A stretch of 64,000 bases of DNA from an uncultured delta proteobacterium (GTDB taxonomy: Bacteria; Desulfobacterota; WTBG01): the NCBI GenBank assembly GCA_963793865.1, contig CAWCBP010000006.1, positions 160,001 to 224,000 on the forward strand, read 5' to 3'. Below, one piece after another: positions 40,909 through 49,156 of the stretch. A model generated the notes under the pieces. That model did not search any database, was not told where the DNA came from, and was given only the letters and a program-made list of their open reading frames with translations. The translations under genes were made by a program, and so were the position numbers. How positions within the stretch are numbered: position 1 is the first letter of the stretch; each line of letters begins with the position of its first letter.

Positions 40909-41336
40909 TTGAGAATTCTCGGACTTGACGTCGGAAGCAAAACCATCGGCATGGCAGTGAGTGATGAGCTTGAGCTTATCGCGCACGCCCTGGCAACCCT
41001 GCAGCGGAAAGGGATGGAGCGGGACCTGCGGGAGCTTGCGGCGGTGATCCAGGAGCAGGAGATCGGTACCGTCGTGGTGGGTCTTCCCAAAAACATGAAC
41101 GGCTCCCTTGGCCCGTCCGCAGAGATGGCCCTCGATCTGGTCAGGGCGCTGGAGCAAACCACCCATTGCCGGTCCTGACCTGGGATGAACGGCTGTCCAC
41201 CGTGGCAGCCGAAAAGGCATTGCTGGAAGGGGACATGAGCCGGAAGAAGCGGAAAAAAGTTATTGACCAGGTCGCCGCGGTGCTTATTCTCCAGGGCTAC
41301 CTGGACTGCCGGGCAAACACCCGCGGCCGGTCATGA
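40909..41336 (+). CDS. ruvX: YqgF/RuvX pre-16S rRNA nuclease; 1-nt frameshift near 41162-41172
   Basis: ILGLDVG.KTIG.AVSD, VVGLP; continues in another frame as [11 protein letters not shown]...[15 protein letters not shown]. Confidence 0.88.
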
Positions 41337-41340
41337 GCCT

Positions 41341-42364
41341 ATGAAAAAAAAGATTCGCATAGCCATAGCCGTAATGCTTATCGCGGCTGCCGCAACCGCC
41401 GCCGCTGCCATCGGCATCCGGCGCTATCTGGACACGCCGGCAGGGACCGATCGCGCGGAGCGGTATGTGGAGATCCCCGCAGGGGCGCACTTCATGGAGG
41501 TGGCGGGCATTCTCGAGCGGGAAGGAATCATCAGGGGCGTCAGGCGCTTTCGCTGGCTGTCGTGGTTCAAGGGGAATGAGACCAGGATCAAGGCCGGGGA
41601 GTATGCCTTGCATGCGGCCATGAAACCTTCGGAGGTTCTCGACAAAATGGTCAGGGGCGAGTGCAGGACCATCCCCGTTACCATCCCCGAGGGATTTACC
41701 GCGCGGCAGATTGCGGACCTGCTCGCAAAAAGGGAGCTGGCGGACGGGGAGGCGTTTCTCTCCCTCACCTCGGACGCGCAGTTCGCGCGTTCACTGGGCA
41801 TCCAGAGCGATTCGCTGGAGGGCTTTCTCTTCCCCGATACCTACCACTTTACCAGGGGCTTGGGGGAAAAGCGCATTGCCGCGCTGCTGGTCGGGCGATT
41901 TCTGGCCGTGTTTACCGCCGGGTACCGGCAAAGACTGGAAGAGCTGCATATGACCCTGGAAGAGCTGGTGACCCTGGCATCGATCATCGAGAAGGAAACG
42001 GCGGATCCCGGCGGAGCGGCCCCTCATATCCGCCGTGCTGCACAACCGGCTGAAAGAGGGGATGCCGCTGCAGAGCGACCCCACGGTGATATACGGCCTT
42101 GCCGGGTTTAACGGGAACCTGACCAAGGACGATCTGCAGAAGGCGCATCCCTACAACACCTATCTGATAAAAGGGCTTCCGCCCCATCCCATCGCCAATC
42201 CCGGCGAGGCATCGCTGAAGGCGGCCCTGTTCCCTGAAGCGGTGCCATACCGGTACTTTGTTTCCAAAAACAACGGCACCCACCATTTCTCCGCCACCCG
42301 GGAGGAGCATGACCGCGCGGTTGCCGAGTATCAGCGAGGCGGCAAAGCCGCATCATCCCGCTAA
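41341..42364 (+). CDS. mltG: Endolytic transglycosylase MltG; +1 frameshift near 42007-42011
   Basis: TIPEG, LEGFLFPDTY, LASIIEKE; then ERPLISAV.HNRL..GMPLQSDPTVIY, YNTY...GLPP.PI.NPG. Confidence 0.9.
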
Positions 42365-43014
42365 ACCAGCTTTTGCTTCATGGCCCGCAGCGTTTTCCTG
42401 CAGTCGGCGCTCTTAAAGACCGCCGATCCTGAAACGATGACATCCGCTCCCGCCCGGGATATAGCTTCGATGTTGTCGAGGGTGATTCCCCCGTCCACCT
42501 CCAGTTCGACGGGAAGCTTTTTCCCGTCAATGAGCGCCCGCGCCTGCCCGATTTTCCCGAGCATGGAGGGGATGAATGTCTGTCCCCCGAAACCGGGGTT
42601 GACCGTCATCAGCAGGAGCAGATCCGCGTCACCGAGAACGTACTCAACGGCGGAGAGCGGGGTTGCCGGGTTGAGCACGACACCCGGTTTGGCCCCTCCC
42701 TCCCTGATGAAGCACAGGGTGCGCTGGAGATGCAGGCATGCCTCAGCGTGGACGGTTAACAGCGTGCTGCCGGCCCGGATGAAGTCGGTCACGTACCGGT
42801 CGGGATCGGTGATCATAAGGTGCACGTCAAGCGGCAGCGCGGTGATCTTCCTCACCGTTTCGACCATGAGCGGCCCGATGGTGATGTTGGGAACGAAATG
42901 GCCGTCCATCACGTCAACGTGGATGTAATCCGCCCCGCCTTCCTCCGCCGCCTGCAGTTCATCCCGCAGGCGCGAGAAATCAGCCGATAAAATTGATGGT
43001 GAAAGCTTTTTCAT
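42361..43014 (-). CDS. rpe: Ribulose-phosphate 3-epimerase
   Basis: SPSILSADF, HVDVMDGHFVPN, MTVNPGFGGQ, EVDGG. Confidence 0.97.
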   Translation of the reverse strand: MKKLSPSILSADFSRLRDELQAAEEGGADYIHVDVMDGHFVPNITIGPLMVETVRKITALPLDVHLMITDPDRYVTDFIRAGSTLLTVHAEACLHLQRTLCFIREGGAKPGVVLNPATPLSAVEYVLGDADLLLLMTVNPGFGGQTFIPSMLGKIGQARALIDGKKLPVELEVDGGITLDNIEAISRAGADVIVSGSAVFKSADCRKTLRAMKQKLV

Positions 43015-43092
43015 TGCTCCTCCTTGCTGTCATGGCGCCGTTAACCGCCTGCTGATACCCTGTGTGCCGGATTCCGCGAATCCTGCGGCCGG

Positions 43093-44022
43093 CTATCCCA
43101 ATCTGGTTCCGGCGGGAAGGGCATGGCCGCTGATGAATTCTTGCGCCTTCATGCGGCTCCGGTTCTCCGGCTGCACCTCGGTCAGCAGCAGATATCCCCC
43201 GCCGGTGACGACCTGTATGCCCTCCGGCCCCGCCCGAACAACCGTTCCGGGTTGAGCCTGGACGCTTCCCTCGCTGAGGGCGCTCTTGAGAATTTTTAAG
43301 CGCTTCCGGTCGAGATGGGTGAACGCCCCCGGCCAGGGAACGGTGCCGCGGATGAGGTTGTGGATCTCCCGCGCGCTTTTGGTCCAGTCGATCAGGCCCT
43401 CCTCTTTTTTTAAGGGCGGGGCGCTGGAAGCAAGGGATCCGTTCTGCGGCTGCGGAACCAGCAGATTTTTTTCAAGCCCTCTGACCGTTTGGAGCAGCAG
43501 TGAAGCCCCGGCGACCGCCAGGCGCCTGCTTAAGGAAATGGCGTCATCCTCCTCGGCGATGGGCTCCTCCTGCTGCAGCAGGATGTCCCCGGTATCCATG
43601 CCTTCATTCATGAGCATGGCGGTCAGCCCGGTCATCTCATCCCCGTTGATGATCGCCCGGCTGATGGGCGCGGCGCCGCGATAGCGGGGGAGCAGTGAGG
43701 CATGGAGATTAATGCACCCGCGTGCCGGCATGCCGAGCACCGCCGCCGGCAGGATCTGACCGAAGGCCACCACCACAATCAGTTCCGGCGCGCGCTCGTT
43801 GAGCCAGCGCAGGCATGACTCCTCCCTGACTTTTTCCGGCTGCAGGACCGGTATGTTGTGCTCAAGCGCCAGGCGCTTTACCGGGGGCGGGGTGAGCTTT
43901 TTGCCTCTTCCACTGAACCGGTCGGGCCGGGTTACCACGCCGCACAGGATGTTATCGCTCTGGATGAGCGCGGTGAGAGAGGGAAGCGCAAAATCAGGGG
44001 TCCCCATAAAAACAATCTTCAC
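43093..44022 (-). CDS. fmt: Methionyl-tRNA formyltransferase
   Basis: IVFMGTPDFA, VVAFGQIL, NLHASLLPRYRGAAP, MDTGD; GTG after GGGAGG. Confidence 0.96.
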   Translation of the reverse strand: MKIVFMGTPDFALPSLTALIQSDNILCGVVTRPDRFSGRGKKLTPPPVKRLALEHNIPVLQPEKVREESCLRWLNERAPELIVVVAFGQILPAAVLGMPARGCINLHASLLPRYRGAAPISRAIINGDEMTGLTAMLMNEGMDTGDILLQQEEPIAEEDDAISLSRRLAVAGASLLLQTVRGLEKNLLVPQPQNGSLASSAPPLKKEEGLIDWTKSAREIHNLIRGTVPWPGAFTHLDRKRLKILKSALSEGSVQAQPGTVVRAGPEGIQVVTGGGYLLLTEVQPENRSRMKAQEFISGHALPAGTRLG

Positions 44023-44173
44023 AGGTAAACCTCCCGGCATGCCGGATCAGGCGCACAAAATGCTCAGGGAAAAGAGGTGATGAAGGGCCCGAAGGATGGC
44101 TTGAAAGTGTTTTAATACATAGCAAGGGGTGGGGTAAATGTCAATAGACAAGAGCGTAACCGCTGCGTCGCGG

Positions 44174-45301
44174 TCACCTGTCCGGGCGGTCAACGCGAAA
44201 AACGGTGCGCGGCATGTGCAGCATCGTGCCTTCATGTCCATCAGCGAGCGTGCGGTTGATTGCGGCGATTTCTCCGCGTATGGATAAAAATGCGTCAACC
44301 ATTTCCGGGTCGAAATCCGTCCCCCGACCTTCGGCGATGATCCGGAAGGTATCTTCCAGCGAAAACGGCTTGAGCCGGTAGGGGCGGCTTGAAGTCAGCG
44401 CGTCGAAGACATCGGCGATGGAGGCGATGCGGCCGACGAGGGGAATCTCAGTGCCTTTGAGGCCTTCGGGGTACCCTGCGCCGTTCCACTTTTCGTGGTG
44501 GGTAAGGGCAATGACCCGGGCCGTCTGAATCAATTCCGAGTCCGATCCCTCCAGGATTTTTCCCCCGATGGTGGTATGCTGCTTCATGATTTCCCACTCG
44601 GCGGGGGAGAGCTTTCCCATTTTGAGCAGAATATAATCGGGAACGCCGATTTTCCCTATGTCGTGCATGGGCAGCCCGTAGATCATGTTTTCTATGAAGG
44701 GCTGATCGAAGCCCATCTTCCGGGCCACGGCCACGGCGTAGCGGCTCATGCGCTGGATGTGGGCGCCGGTTTCCTCGTCCCGGTATTCCGCGGCGCGCGA
44801 GAGGCGGAGTATGGTTTCCAGGGCGGTGGCCTTCATTTTTTCATGGGCCTGCTCGAGCTGCTGCGTGCGCTTGGCGACCTCCGCCTCCAGGTATTTGTGG
44901 TCCTCGATCATGCTGTCATTGTAGGCCTTGATCTTGAGCAATGACTGCATGCGCGCCTTCAGCTCTATCAGCGCCACCGGCTTGGTGAAAAAATCGTCCG
45001 CCCCCAGCTCGAAGGCCCTGATCCTGCTTCCCATGTCCATCAGGGCGGTGAGCATGACCACGGGTATGGTTTTCGTCTCCTCCCGGCTTTTGAGCGTCCT
45101 GGCAACGGTGAAGCCGTCCATCCGGGGCATCATCACGTCGAGCAGGACCACATCCGGGGAAACCTCGTCCGCTTTCTCAAGTGCCTCTTCACCGTCCCGG
45201 GCGAGGATAACCTCGTATCCCAGTGGACTTAAGAAGTCCTCCATCAGGCTCCGGTTGTAGTATTCATCATCCACAACCAGGACCACAGGTTTATCGTGCA
45301 T
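44174..45301 (-). CDS. Response regulator with HD-GYP phosphodiesterase domain (RpfG family)
   Basis: REC domain (VVDD, LLDVMMP) plus MHDIGKIG, HHEKWNGAGYP, ADVFDAL...RPY. Confidence 0.93.
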   Translation of the reverse strand: MHDKPVVLVVDDEYYNRSLMEDFLSPLGYEVILARDGEEALEKADEVSPDVVLLDVMMPRMDGFTVARTLKSREETKTIPVVMLTALMDMGSRIRAFELGADDFFTKPVALIELKARMQSLLKIKAYNDSMIEDHKYLEAEVAKRTQQLEQAHEKMKATALETILRLSRAAEYRDEETGAHIQRMSRYAVAVARKMGFDQPFIENMIYGLPMHDIGKIGVPDYILLKMGKLSPAEWEIMKQHTTIGGKILEGSDSELIQTARVIALTHHEKWNGAGYPEGLKGTEIPLVGRIASIADVFDALTSSRPYRLKPFSLEDTFRIIAEGRGTDFDPEMVDAFLSIRGEIAAINRTLADGHEGTMLHMPRTVFRVDRPDR

Positions 45302-45541
45302 TGTCCTGACCTTTCCTGAACACCGCCTCAGGCGGGAAAAGATGAGATGCCGGATTATTGGCGCAGCAGGATACTTCATCGGTCATTTCCCCCAATAACT
45401 TTAAGCCCTTCTTTTGTTTGACTTTTCGACCCCGCTTGGCTAAGGTAGCGGCACATGTCTGAAGGTGCAGCCGGAGGTCGCGCTGTGGCGCGTGCCGGCC
45501 GCCGGTGTGTTCGTCGGATGAAGCAAACGTGAGGAACAACC

Positions 45542-46729
45542 ATGGCTATTTCGCGTCAGATCAAGGAATCAATCGAAGGCTCGAGCTGGATTCGCAAAAT
45601 GTTTGAGGAGGGTGTCCGGCTTCGAAAACAGCACGGCGCAAAGAACGTTTTTGATTTCAGCCTGGGCAATCCCGACCTGGAACCGCCGGCTGATTTTACG
45701 CGGCTCTTACGCACGCTGGTGAGTGAAAACGCGGCAGGGGGGCACGGCTACATGCCCAATGCCGGCTATCCTGAAACCAGGGAGGCGGTGGCCCGCTACC
45801 TGTCGGGCGAGCATCAGGTTGCCATGAGCATGAACGAGGTGGTGATGACCTGCGGTGCCGGCGGCGCTCTCAACGTCGTGCTCAAAACCCTGCTTGACCC
45901 CGGAGATGAGGTCATTGTCATCGTGCCCTATTTCGTGGAGTACCTCTTTTACGTGGGCAATCACGGCGGGCGCAGCGTCCTGGTCGGATCGAAAAAGGAT
46001 TTTTCGCTGGATCTTGCGGCCATCGAGGCTGCGATCTCTTCGCGCACCAAGTGCCTCATTCTCAACTCGCCCCACAATCCCACGGGAAGGGTCTATGATC
46101 AGGAAAGCGTGGGCGGGCTGGGAGAGCTGCTTGCGCGCAAAAGTGAAGAGACGGGCGGCATCATCTATCTCGTCTCGGACGAGCCCTACGGGAAGATCGT
46201 GTATGACGGGAAGAAGGTTCCCGGCGTATTCAAGGCCTACCGGCAGAGCATCATCTGCTCGTCCTATTCCAAGGAGCTCTCCATCCCCGGAGAGCGCATC
46301 GGCTTTGCGGCAGTCCACCCGCAGGCGGAGCCCTTAAAGGACCTGACCGAAGGGCTGGTCTTTTGCAACCGCACGCTCGGCTTTGTCAATGCGCCCGCTC
46401 TCATGCAGCGGGTGGTAAGGCATCTCCAGGGAATCAGTGTTGACGTGGAGGCATACCGGCGGCGGCGCGATCTCCTGTGCGACGGCCTCGCCTCTTTCGG
46501 CTACCGCTTCGTCAAACCCGAGGGGGCGTTTTATCTTTTCCCGGAGACCCCTGTGGATGATGTTGAATTTGTCCGTGCGTTGCAGGGGAAGAACATCCTG
46601 ACCGTTCCCGGCAGGGGGTTTGGCGCGCCGGGGTATTTCCGCATTGCCTATTGCGTGGGCGAGGATGTGATCGAGCGGTCGCTTGAGGGATTCAGGCAGG
46701 TTGCGGAGCGGTATATGGGCGGCAGGTGA
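45542..46729 (+). CDS. Class I PLP-dependent (aspartate-type) aminotransferase
   Basis: SSWIRKMFEEG, DFSLGNP, NSPHNPTG, SDEPY, SYSK.LS.PGERIG. Confidence 0.92.
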   Translation: MAISRQIKESIEGSSWIRKMFEEGVRLRKQHGAKNVFDFSLGNPDLEPPADFTRLLRTLVSENAAGGHGYMPNAGYPETREAVARYLSGEHQVAMSMNEVVMTCGAGGALNVVLKTLLDPGDEVIVIVPYFVEYLFYVGNHGGRSVLVGSKKDFSLDLAAIEAAISSRTKCLILNSPHNPTGRVYDQESVGGLGELLARKSEETGGIIYLVSDEPYGKIVYDGKKVPGVFKAYRQSIICSSYSKELSIPGERIGFAAVHPQAEPLKDLTEGLVFCNRTLGFVNAPALMQRVVRHLQGISVDVEAYRRRRDLLCDGLASFGYRFVKPEGAFYLFPETPVDDVEFVRALQGKNILTVPGRGFGAPGYFRIAYCVGEDVIERSLEGFRQVAERYMGGR

Positions 46730-46745
46730 GGAGATACGGAGGGAA

Positions 46746-46903
46746 CAGGGGTCAGGGTACAGGGTACAGGGAGAAGCAGTTGACAGTTCCCAGTTGACAG
46801 TTTACAGAGGACAGCAAAAGAACGTTGGCGAGTGTGCTGGCAACTGTAAACCGAAAACTGCAAACTGTTTCAGGGTGCAGGGTGAGGGAGAAGCAGTTGA
46901 CAG
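46746..46903. repeat. Heptamer-periodic tandem repeats (CAG-N4 array followed by an inverted CTG-N4 array) with a 19-bp direct repeat
   Basis: CAGGGTA x2; CAGTTGA/CAGTTCC/CAGTTGA/CAGTTTA; CTGGCAA/CTGTAAA/CCGAAAA/CTGCAAA; AGGGAGAAGCAGTTGACAG at 46768 and 46885. Confidence 0.75.
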
Positions 46904-46959
46904 GCGCACAGCTGCTGCATTGTCATTTCGAAGACGCAATGCGACTGAGAAATTGACCT

Positions 46960-47100
46960 GTAGGGGCAGGCCCCTGTGCCTGCCCGGACATAGTGGGGCA
47001 ACCACAGGGGGTTGCCCCTGCTGCTTCGTGCTCTCCGTGCTTTTCCTTCGTGCGCTTCGTGGTTACAAAAAGGGTAGGGGCGACCGGCCGGTCGCCCCTA
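46960..47100. repeat. GTAG-type REP palindromes plus CTTCGTG repeats
   Basis: GTAGGGGCAGGCCCCTGTGCCTGCCC...GGGGCAACCACAGGGGGTTGCCCCT; perfect 26-bp palindrome TAGGGGCGACCGGCCGGTCGCCCCTA at 47075-47100. Confidence 0.75.
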
Positions 47101-47143
47101 AATGCAGACCTTCTTTTCGTATATGATAGATGGTTGCGGCCGA

Positions 47144-48895
47144 TTACCGGGCAAGCCGGAAGATGGTGGCGCCTTCCTCATTGGACTGGGATGATGATGC
47201 CATGTTGACCCCCACGTACAGGGTGTCATTGAATGTGGCAAAACCCTCAAAGGCCAATGCGGCATTCCGGCCGAAGCTGTTGTCTGTCACCAGTGTCCAG
47301 GTAACTCCATCAGTGGTTTTCCAGAGCGGCGTGCCGGTCTGGGCTTTTTCACTTTTCTGGGCAATCACCCCGGCATAGAGCACATCATCGAACACGAAGA
47401 GATTGGCGGCTATGTTTCTATAGGTTCCTTTGAGGAGCGGGTCGTCAGTATCCACCAGTTTGTCGTCAAACCCCGCGGGATATGGTGTTCCTGCGCCCAC
47501 GCTCACAAACCAGCTTCCGTCCTCAGCGCTGCCGCTGGGTGTGTAGAGCACCCTCGTACCCCCCAGGGAATTTATTCCGATGTACAATTTGTCCCGGTAA
47601 TGCTGAATGCTCCAGGCCATGTAATTTCCCGTGGCCATTTCACAACTCATGCCGTCGCCGAAGCCGTTTTCATTGGTGCCGGTGTTGTTGTCGTCAACCT
47701 CAGCGTCAACAATGAGTTCCCATCCGGTATTCGCAAGTATTGCCATGCGGGCGCATTTTCCCTTTTCACCGGTGGTGCCCGTTCCCCCGGCATAAAGAAG
47801 CTCTTCACCCGACACATCGGATATGCCGATATCGCTGATGCTGCTGCTCACGGCCTTGAGGGAGTCCTTATAGTTTGCATCCGTGTGATAATTGCCGAAA
47901 CTGTTGGGCGGTTCGGTGACCTGCCAGGTCTCACCGTCCTCCGAGTACCATACCTGCGCGCCGTGGTCATAGTTGAGGCCGGTGCTGACATACAGCCTGC
48001 CGTCGAAAACGAGCATTTCGGTTATGGTCTTGTTCCAGTAGTCGCCGAAGCCGTTTTCGTCGCTTCCCATGCCGATCCCGTAGCTGTCGCCCTCTTCCAC
48101 GGGACCGAGGTCATATTCATAGGCAGGGAAGGGATTTATGTAATGCTTGCTGCCGCACACCGTGTATTCCCTTCCGTAGTCGCCGGAGGTTTCATTCTGC
48201 TGTACCGTAAGCGTGTCCGCGGTGTTGCTCACAATGTCAAAGCGCCGGTAGGCGCCCTCACCGGAGGTAATCTGCAGCACCCCGCCGGCCCACTGGTCAG
48301 ACTCCCAGTTCTTGGAGGCGTCGGTTATCTCCGCGGTGATGTCGCCATCGTTGTCTGCACAGCCGGCAATGGCGGTGATGGCGCCCTGCTCATCGGTGTC
48401 GACGCGGTCGGACACAACCGGTTCCCAGGCAGCGCCGTCGTACCTCCAGATCTCGCAGCCGGATGAGCGAAGCACCGATCCCTGCATGCCGGAAGAAAAA
48501 CCCACGTAAAGCTTGTCCCGGAAGACGACCATCTTGCTCCAGAGATTATTGATCATGGTGTTGCCATAGATGCCGTTGGTCTCACCGGAGACTATTTGCA
48601 CCTGCTGCCAGGTGCTGCCGGAGGTTTTCCATACTTCCGCGCCTTCGGCATCATTTCGGGTTGTGGCGTACATGCTTCCCTGGAACTCCCCGATTGCCGC
48701 CACGGAGATGTTGTTGTCGTTGCCGAAACCCGGTTCCACGACCCGCTCCCAGGTTGATCCGTCTTCAGCGGTTACCGTTTCGAGCGCTTTGAAGGGGAGG
48801 TTTTGTTGAGGGCATCCGGTGCAGCTGAAGGTTATGGCAGCTGCCAGGACACATAAAGCTGCCATTGCTGCTGTGTTTTTGCGTATTCGGGTCAT
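47144..48895 (-). CDS. Hypothetical lipoprotein, probable beta-propeller
   Basis: Signal peptide with FSC lipobox-like site; recurring W..V...GFG..N and F...LY.G blade-like motifs; RBS AAGGAG. Confidence 0.7.
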   Translation of the reverse strand: MTRIRKNTAAMAALCVLAAAITFSCTGCPQQNLPFKALETVTAEDGSTWERVVEPGFGNDNNISVAAIGEFQGSMYATTRNDAEGAEVWKTSGSTWQQVQIVSGETNGIYGNTMINNLWSKMVVFRDKLYVGFSSGMQGSVLRSSGCEIWRYDGAAWEPVVSDRVDTDEQGAITAIAGCADNDGDITAEITDASKNWESDQWAGGVLQITSGEGAYRRFDIVSNTADTLTVQQNETSGDYGREYTVCGSKHYINPFPAYEYDLGPVEEGDSYGIGMGSDENGFGDYWNKTITEMLVFDGRLYVSTGLNYDHGAQVWYSEDGETWQVTEPPNSFGNYHTDANYKDSLKAVSSSISDIGISDVSGEELLYAGGTGTTGEKGKCARMAILANTGWELIVDAEVDDNNTGTNENGFGDGMSCEMATGNYMAWSIQHYRDKLYIGINSLGGTRVLYTPSGSAEDGSWFVSVGAGTPYPAGFDDKLVDTDDPLLKGTYRNIAANLFVFDDVLYAGVIAQKSEKAQTGTPLWKTTDGVTWTLVTDNSFGRNAALAFEGFATFNDTLYVGVNMASSSQSNEEGATIFRLAR

Positions 48896-49156
48896 CCTCA
48901 GTGCTCCTTTCTCTATGGATGGGTAAACGACATGCTCAATACTGATAATGCATAGCATAAAAAAGGCGGGAAGTCACTGCATATGAAAAAGTATCCCGGG
49001 TGCTGCTGAACGAAAACCTTTGAAACGCGCTTAAAATAAATACTGCCCTAACCACTCAGGTGTGATATACATGAGCAACGGAAAATTATTGAAGGGGAAT
49101 GTGCACCTGCTTTTCCTCCATGCGTTTCCTTACACCATCGGGCAATCCATAAAAGT

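Noticed and set aside
46746..47100. Possible CRISPR array
   Set aside because: No constant 25-40 nt repeat with unique spacers and no cas genes; only two copies of a 19-mer plus short tandem units.
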